The notes beneath the pieces were generated by a model. The model ran no database searches and was not told the DNA's origin. It worked only from the letters and a program-made list of their open reading frames with translations. A program made the translations under genes and the position numbers. This document shows positions 58,661 to 64,000 of a stretch of 64,000 nt of DNA, in pieces (position 1 is the stretch's first letter; the number at the start of each line of letters is the position of its first letter). The stretch lies in the NCBI RefSeq assembly GCF_902785855.1, contig NZ_CADAAJ010000001.1. The stretch is one strand, 5' to 3'. This stretch comes from an uncultured Methanobrevibacter sp. (GTDB lineage Archaea > Methanobacteriota > Methanobacteria > Methanobacteriales > Methanobacteriaceae).

Positions 58661-58765
58661 ATGGCAAAAGTTAAAGGAACTAACAGGAGAACTAGACAAA
58701 AAAGAAGTTATACTAAACCTGGAAGTAAAAGAGGAAGAGGAGTAAAACAAACTTGGAAAAAATAA
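58661..58765 (+). CDS. Small, highly basic 34-aa protein (not in the ORF track)
   Basis: AAGGAGGGA lies 6 nt upstream of the ATG. It encodes MAKVKGTNRRTRQKRSYTKPGSKRGRGVKQTWKK. T-tracts follow the stop. Confidence 0.45.
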   Translation: MAKVKGTNRRTRQKRSYTKPGSKRGRGVKQTWKK

Positions 58766-58882
58766 TCCTCTTATAACTTTTTTTCTTATTTTGACTATTT
58801 TTTTTTATTGTTGTGAAGTTTTCATCCTATTGAAAATTATTAAATACTATTTTTTAAAAATTATTATTGTAGGTGATAAATT

Positions 58883-59482
58883 ATGGTGTCTGGAAATGGA
58901 CATAGAGCACATGGATTTTCAAGTGTTAATTTTCTAGATTCAGATGAAATTTTGGCTGAATTAAACCTTAAAGGATCTGAAACTTTTATGGATGCTGGAT
59001 GTGGCGATGGACACATTGCAATAAAAGTTTTAAATGATTATATTGATGAAGGTATGGTTTATGCAGTTGATGTATATGATGCATCTATTGAAGATATGGA
59101 AAATTATAAACAGAAGAATAATATTCAAAATTTGATTAATATTGAATCAGATATTACTGAAGGAATACCTGGTGTTGATGATGAATCAATTGATATTATT
59201 TTAATGGTTAATGTGTTCCATGGTTTTAAAGCATCAAGAAGACTTGATGAAGCAGTCACAGAACTTAAAAGAATAGTTAAAAAAGATGGTAAAATAGCTA
59301 TTATGGATTACAAAGCATGGGATGTTCCAAATGGTCCACCAACTCAGGTTAGAAATTCACCTGAAGATTTAAAAAATCTATTCAAAGAACATAATCTAAA
59401 AATGACTTATTTAAATGAACAAATAGGTGAGGATATTCCTGAAGGGAAATCTCATTATTTAATAATGTTTGAAAAGGAGTAA
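58883..59482 (+). CDS. Class I SAM-dependent methyltransferase
   Basis: FMDAGCGDGHIAI (motif I) and ILMVNVFHG are present. AGGTGA lies upstream. Confidence 0.8.
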   Translation: MVSGNGHRAHGFSSVNFLDSDEILAELNLKGSETFMDAGCGDGHIAIKVLNDYIDEGMVYAVDVYDASIEDMENYKQKNNIQNLINIESDITEGIPGVDDESIDIILMVNVFHGFKASRRLDEAVTELKRIVKKDGKIAIMDYKAWDVPNGPPTQVRNSPEDLKNLFKEHNLKMTYLNEQIGEDIPEGKSHYLIMFEKE

Positions 59483-59488
59483 ATTTCT

Positions 59489-60199
59489 ATGATATTTGCA
59501 GCAATATTGGCAGGAGGAATGGGTTCAAGAATGGGAGGTACAGACACACCTAAACAATTTTTGACCTTGGGGAATAAGCCAGTTATTATTCATACAATTG
59601 AAAAATTTGTTATTAATGAAAATATTGATAAAACAATTGTATTAATACCTAAAAATTTCATTAATCACACAAAAGATTTGATTAATCAGTATATTCCAAA
59701 TAATGAAGATATAATTCTTGTTGAAGGTGGAAAAACCAGAAATGATACATTGATGAATAGTATTAATTATATTGAAAAAAATTTTGGAATTGATAATGAT
59801 TCTATTATTCTTACACATGATTCTGTAAGGCCATTTGTAACTCATAGGATAATCAAAGATAACATTGATGCTGCAAAAAAATATGGGGCATGTGATACTG
59901 TTATTCCGGCTACAGACACTATTGTTGAAAGTATAAATGGTGAAACTATAGAAAGTATCCCTGTGAGAGATTATTATTACCAAGGCCAAACTCCACAGAG
60001 CTTCAATATAAGAAAACTTTTCAACTTAATTACTAGTTTAACAGAAGCTGAAACTAATATTTTAACAGATGCATGTAAAATTTTCACTCTTAAAGATGAA
60101 CATGTACATCTAGTTGAGGGTGAAGTAACTAATATTAAAATTACATATCCATATGATTTAAAATTAGCAAATACAATACTAGATGATAATCATGATTAA
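59489..60199 (+). CDS. tarI: Ribitol-5-phosphate cytidylyltransferase (IspD/TarI family)
   Basis: AAILAGGMGSRMG...PKQFL..GNKPVIIHTIEKF, THDSVRPF, YQGQTPQSF and YPYDLKLAN are close to Gram-positive TarI as I recall it. Confidence 0.8.
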   Translation: MIFAAILAGGMGSRMGGTDTPKQFLTLGNKPVIIHTIEKFVINENIDKTIVLIPKNFINHTKDLINQYIPNNEDIILVEGGKTRNDTLMNSINYIEKNFGIDNDSIILTHDSVRPFVTHRIIKDNIDAAKKYGACDTVIPATDTIVESINGETIESIPVRDYYYQGQTPQSFNIRKLFNLITSLTEAETNILTDACKIFTLKDEHVHLVEGEVTNIKITYPYDLKLANTILDDNHD

Positions 60200-61208
60200 T
60201 ATTGTTTATAAACTCATTTCTCCAAAATTCTTTGAAGAAGCAATTGATGAGATTGAATTGGATGAAGTTGTTGTAAGACCAACTTATCTTTCAATTTGTA
60301 AGGCAGATCAAAGATATTATCAAGGTTCAAGGCCTGCTGAGATTTTGGAAGAAAAATTGCCAATGGCATTAATTCATGAAGGAATTGGGGAAGTCGTTTT
60401 TGATAAAACAGGTGAATTTAAATCAAACGATAAAGTAGTAATGATACCAAACACTCCTCAAGGTGATGATGTTTGTCAGGCTAATTATTCTTATAATTCA
60501 AAATTTAGGGGAAGTGGATTTGATGGATTTACATCAGATTTAATTAGTTTAAAATCAGATAGGATTGTTAAAATACCTGATGATTTTAATCCATATGTTT
60601 CATCATTCATTGAATTGATTAGTGTTGCTTATCAGGGTATTGATAGATTTCAACAATTAACTATAACTCCAAAAGATGTATTAGGAGTTTGGGGTGATGG
60701 TAATTTGGGTTTTATAACTGCTTTGCTTTTAAAAGATAAATTTCCAGAATCTAAAATAATTGTTTTTGGAAAACATGTGGATAATTTAAATTTATTTTCA
60801 TTTGTAGATGAAGTTTATCAAATTCATAATATAGATGATGATTTAACAGTAGATCATGCATTTGAGTGTGTAGGATCTGTTTCATCTCAATCAGCTATTG
60901 ATCAGATAATTAATTTAATCAACCCTCAGGGTATTATAAATCTTTTTGGTGTTAGTGAATATCCTGTACCTATTAACACACGTTTAATTTTAGAAAAAGG
61001 ATTAACAATTCAGGGAAATAGCAGATCTGATAGAAAAGACTTTATCGGTACTGTTGAAATGCTTAAACAAAACCCTAAATTATTTGAATATTTGGAGAAA
61101 TTGGTTACAAATGTTTGTGAAATAAATTCTTTGGATGATTTAAAACAAGCATTTGACAAAGAATATATTTCAAATTTTGGTAAAACTATATTAAAATGGA
61201 ATAAATAA
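60192..61208 (+). CDS. tarJ: Ribulose-5-phosphate reductase-like zinc alcohol dehydrogenase (TarJ family)
   Basis: MINIVYKLISP...VVRPTYLSICKADQRYYQGSR...KLPMALIHEGIGEVV parallels TarJ. The gene overlaps tarI by 8 nt (17 nt if the ATG at 60183 is used). Confidence 0.75.
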   Translation: MINIVYKLISPKFFEEAIDEIELDEVVVRPTYLSICKADQRYYQGSRPAEILEEKLPMALIHEGIGEVVFDKTGEFKSNDKVVMIPNTPQGDDVCQANYSYNSKFRGSGFDGFTSDLISLKSDRIVKIPDDFNPYVSSFIELISVAYQGIDRFQQLTITPKDVLGVWGDGNLGFITALLLKDKFPESKIIVFGKHVDNLNLFSFVDEVYQIHNIDDDLTVDHAFECVGSVSSQSAIDQIINLINPQGIINLFGVSEYPVPINTRLILEKGLTIQGNSRSDRKDFIGTVEMLKQNPKLFEYLEKLVTNVCEINSLDDLKQAFDKEYISNFGKTILKWNK

Positions 61209-61211
61209 TCA

Positions 61212-61736
61212 TTATATATGATCATTAATTATTTTTAAATATTCCATTCGATAATAATTTCTATCTTCTTTACTGCACCTCAAAGGAAGTTGTTCAAGCA
61301 CATTCAAATCATTCTGATTTAAAGTCTCATTATTCCTTTTTTTATTTTTAATTTCATCTAAAATTAATTTGCATATGTCTTCTTGACAACATGCTAATTT
61401 GATGGTAAATTCTGCTTCGGATTTTATTGAACATTCTTTTACAGTAACGTTAACATTTTTTGGACATAAAAGATAAATTGAAACGATTTTTTTTGACCGT
61501 TCGTAAAGTTCTTCTGCAAATTCTATTTGTTTTACAAGTTCCGATTCATCAAAGTCTATAACTTGATATTCTAAGTTGATGTATTCTCCATTTTCTGTAA
61601 TTAAAATTTGTCCGCCTTGATATTTATTTTTATCAATTTTTAGAAGTCTGTTTGGTTCAATACATTTTATTTTTCGATTATCATTAAATGTTTCATGAAT
61701 AAATTCTACAATCTGATTTAAATCTGTATCGCTCAT
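61212..61736 (-). CDS. Hypothetical protein (weak resemblance to PD-(D/E)XK / Rpn-YhgA-like nucleases)
   Basis: GEYINLEYQVIDFDE...IVSIYLLCP is loosely like the E-x-Q core of YhgA-like proteins. Support for the functional call is low. Confidence 0.4.
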   Translation of the reverse strand: MSDTDLNQIVEFIHETFNDNRKIKCIEPNRLLKIDKNKYQGGQILITENGEYINLEYQVIDFDESELVKQIEFAEELYERSKKIVSIYLLCPKNVNVTVKECSIKSEAEFTIKLACCQEDICKLILDEIKNKKRNNETLNQNDLNVLEQLPLRCSKEDRNYYRMEYLKIINDHI

Positions 61737-61909
61737 AATTTAACCTTCTTAAATTTTGTATGTAGTTTTTATTTTGTATTTTATCATTTATAAATTGTTT
61801 AGTAATAAATTAGAGCAATATAATACTTTAAAATAAAATTTACAGATTAAATAAATATTTTTAATTAATTTCAATATTTTAAATTAAAATTAATTTTAAT
61901 TGGTGTTTG

Positions 61910-62077
61910 TTAAAACTTAAAAAATTCATCACAATACTCACAATAATAGTTGTATGTACTTTCACAACAGTTTCCAATAATTATTTCATTGTTTAGTGAT
62001 TCAATCGCCAGTTCATCATCAGGTGCGCCATGAAAAACTTTTATTAGCTCTTTTTTACATTTTGGACATAATGTCAT
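61910..62077 (-). CDS. Small zinc-ribbon protein (55 aa, not in the ORF track)
   Basis: My own translation is MTLCPKCKKELIKVFHGAPDDELAIESLNNEIIIGNCCESTYNYYCEYCDEFFKF, with CxxC ... CxxC pairs. Confidence 0.4.
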   Translation of the reverse strand: MTLCPKCKKELIKVFHGAPDDELAIESLNNEIIIGNCCESTYNYYCEYCDEFFKF

Positions 62078-62128
62078 GTTGTTAATTTTTATTAATAATG
62101 AATTTTAAATATTATTGTAGGTGTAAAA

Positions 62129-62386
62129 ATGCTTATTAATCTAGGTGGAGAATTTGGTAGTCATTTGGAATCTAGTGATGATGCAATTGAATTAATTGGT
62201 ATTTTAAATAAAATCCCTAAAGATGATTTTATCATTGATTTTAAAGAAGTAATATTTGTTACTATGAATTTTGCTCAAGCATATTATAGTGCTAAACTGG
62301 AGTCAGATAAAAAAATATCAGAAATTAATTTATCTGATGAAGTTAGAGTAGTTATGGGTGCTGCTGATGAAGCATGTAATCCCTAA
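62129..62386 (+). CDS. Small STAS-like (DUF4325-like) protein
   Basis: AGGTG lies upstream. DDFIIDFKEVIFVTMNFAQAYY resembles the lDF.gV..is.sFa.e block of DUF4325, from recollection. Confidence 0.4.
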   Translation: MLINLGGEFGSHLESSDDAIELIGILNKIPKDDFIIDFKEVIFVTMNFAQAYYSAKLESDKKISEINLSDEVRVVMGAADEACNP

Positions 62387-62595
62387 TTTTAATGTTTAAA
62401 TATTCTTTTTTAATTTTGTTAATAGTAAGATATTATAAGCAAAATATTAAATTAACTAAAAAATATATTAAAATGTGTGATAGGTTTATTAAAGAATTAA
62501 CTATCAGATATTATATTTATATACTTTCTTAATAGGAAGTTTAATTATAACATTGGCGATTTCAATATTGCAAATGAAATATAAAAGGTGTTTAA

Positions 62596-63528
62596 GTGAG
62601 TGAACAAAAATTAGAAGTATTTAATGTTTTAAATTTTTTAGACAATGGATATGATATTGAAGATATTTTAAAAGAAGGTCAATTTGGAACTTTTGAATCC
62701 GCACAGGATTGTATTGATTATTTGGTTGAAGAAAAATATCTTACTGGAGATATTTCAGTCAATACAAGTGTTGAAATAACTGCAGAATCTATTTCTAAAA
62801 AGTATGTTGTTTCTGAACTAAAAGATATTTTAAGAGAAAATGGTCTTAAGATTTCAGGTAAAAAACATGAATTAGTTGAGAGAGTACTGCCTCTTTTAAA
62901 AGAAGCTCATGATGCTCGTAATTTGGATGTTTCAACTAAAACTGATAAAAAATATGATTATGAATTAACCGACAAGGCACATGAATTTTTAAAAGAAAAT
63001 GAATGGATTGATTTATACATGTTTGCTCTTGTTGCATTCAGATTTGAAGATTATGAAACATATGTTTCAAATTCATCTCAAGGAAATGTTGAAACTGCGT
63101 TAAAATTCTGTGATGAGATAATTTCAAGATCATTAATGAAAAATCAGTTTTTAATATTTATTGATGCATTATCTGCAAAAGCTCATGTTTATGCATATGA
63201 TGGGGATTATGAATCATTTTTAGATTATGATTTACAACGTTTCATATTAGGTTTAAATCCAATGTTTTTGGATGCCGAAAGTTATGCTGATTATGATCCT
63301 ATTAATGAAGCAAATATAATTAATTTAAGAAATGTATTGGATAAATTAAACTTCGGTAGTTTAAAGAAAAGATTTGATAATATTTGGAACAAATCTCATA
63401 TTACTCATATTACTGTATCCAAAAAGCTTTGTTATAAAATTTTACAGAGAGCTATTGACGGTGCAGATATTGAAGAGCTTAATTTTGATATAAAAGAAAA
63501 ATATTTAGATAAAAAATTTGGATTGTAG
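62596..63528 (+). CDS. SAP domain-containing hypothetical protein
   Basis: The start is GTG after AAAGGTG. VVSELKDILRENGLKISGKKHELVERVL is a SAP motif. Confidence 0.55.
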   Translation: MSEQKLEVFNVLNFLDNGYDIEDILKEGQFGTFESAQDCIDYLVEEKYLTGDISVNTSVEITAESISKKYVVSELKDILRENGLKISGKKHELVERVLPLLKEAHDARNLDVSTKTDKKYDYELTDKAHEFLKENEWIDLYMFALVAFRFEDYETYVSNSSQGNVETALKFCDEIISRSLMKNQFLIFIDALSAKAHVYAYDGDYESFLDYDLQRFILGLNPMFLDAESYADYDPINEANIINLRNVLDKLNFGSLKKRFDNIWNKSHITHITVSKKLCYKILQRAIDGADIEELNFDIKEKYLDKKFGL

Positions 63529-63531
63529 ATT

Positions 63532-64000
63532 ATGAAGCGTAAAGTTGCTGGAATTGTTTTTATTTTAGGAAGTGTTTATTATTTAACCGCTGAAGCTATT
63601 TCTGCAACTTACTTTAATGCTTCTTTTTTAGATACTTACATTTTTCACACAATTTCTGAACTAGGAATTCCAAATTCAAACTCTCCTTTGTTTTGGTTAA
63701 TGAATTCTGCTTTTATTTTAATTGGATTAATTTTATTATTTGGCAATTTTACTAAATTTAAATCTTATATAATTAAAAATAAACTATTTTTTTATATTCT
63801 AACATTGGTAACTTCAGTGGGTGTTATTATTGTTGGATTTATTCATGGTGGAAATCCTCTAACGATGTCATATCATGCTTTAGGTGCTATAATGGCTATC
63901 CTTGGTGGAAATATTTTATTAATGTTAATTTCAAAATCTATGGAGAATTTTGATAATTATCAAAAAATTACATTAATGCTGGGAATTATTGGTTTTATAT
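63532..64000 (+). CDS. Polytopic membrane protein (DUF998-like), 3' end outside the window
   Basis: The ATG lies 3 nt after the previous stop, and the frame is open to the window end. It contains multiple hydrophobic helices. Confidence 0.55.
   Translation, partial: MKRKVAGIVFILGSVYYLTAEAISATYFNASFLDTYIFHTISELGIPNSNSPLFWLMNSAFILIGLILLFGNFTKFKSYIIKNKLFFYILTLVTSVGVIIVGFIHGGNPLTMSYHALGAIMAILGGNILLMLISKSMENFDNYQKITLMLGIIGFI

Noticed and set aside
1-64000. Search for rRNA, tRNA, RNase P/SRP RNA or riboswitch-like GC-rich structured segments in intergenic regions
   Set aside because: The only intergenic stretch with clearly elevated GC is 5400-5660. It reads as a degraded HNH gene rather than a structured RNA. 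I recognised no tRNA cloverleaf by eye, but a tRNAscan/Infernal run would be needed to be definitive.

Overview
This is a very AT-rich archaeal chromosome segment. The gene content includes thiol:fumarate reductase TfrB, archaeal NAC, SepF, AqpM, archaeal-type GlyRS and UMP kinase, IorAB, and several Asn/Thr-rich parallel-beta-helix adhesin-like proteins. This points to a host-associated Methanobacteriaceae methanogen of the Methanobrevibacter/Methanosphaera type; the taxon is inference only. Layout: (i) 1-7442 is an accessory island. It starts with a 5'-truncated KAP P-loop NTPase followed on the same strand by four ORFs. Three of these carry HEPN-type R-x4-6-H motifs (one AbiJ/Abi_C-like, one ApeA-like), and one is an FCS-type zinc-ribbon membrane protein. 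The island ends with an HNH-endonuclease remnant and a decayed 1785-bp IS with 24-nt terminal inverted repeats. (ii) About 7.5-53.5 kb is mostly housekeeping and metabolism: TauE, YbjQ, TatD, pyrH, aqpM, ZPR1, 2-PGK, sepF, glyS, dcd, trmJ-like, tfrB, iorAB, paaK-like plus ACT, a Na+/solute symporter, UbiB-like kinase, YhgE/Pip, tag, and an aldo/keto reductase. Four large repeat-rich adhesin-like proteins (ALPs) are interspersed. (iii) 53.9-56.9 kb is a tight plus-strand cluster of a metallophosphoesterase, an NYN RNase and a membrane protein with class III cyclase/GGDEF-like palm motifs. (iv) 59.5-61.2 kb encodes a bacterial-type CDP-ribitol pair (tarI/tarJ-like). (v) 61.2-63.5 kb holds small hypothetical genes. 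I recognised no rRNA, tRNA or CRISPR array. The best candidates for an undescribed system are the KAP-NTPase/multi-HEPN island at the 5' end and the phosphoesterase-NYN-cyclase-like cluster. All domain calls come from reading motifs by eye, not from database searches.
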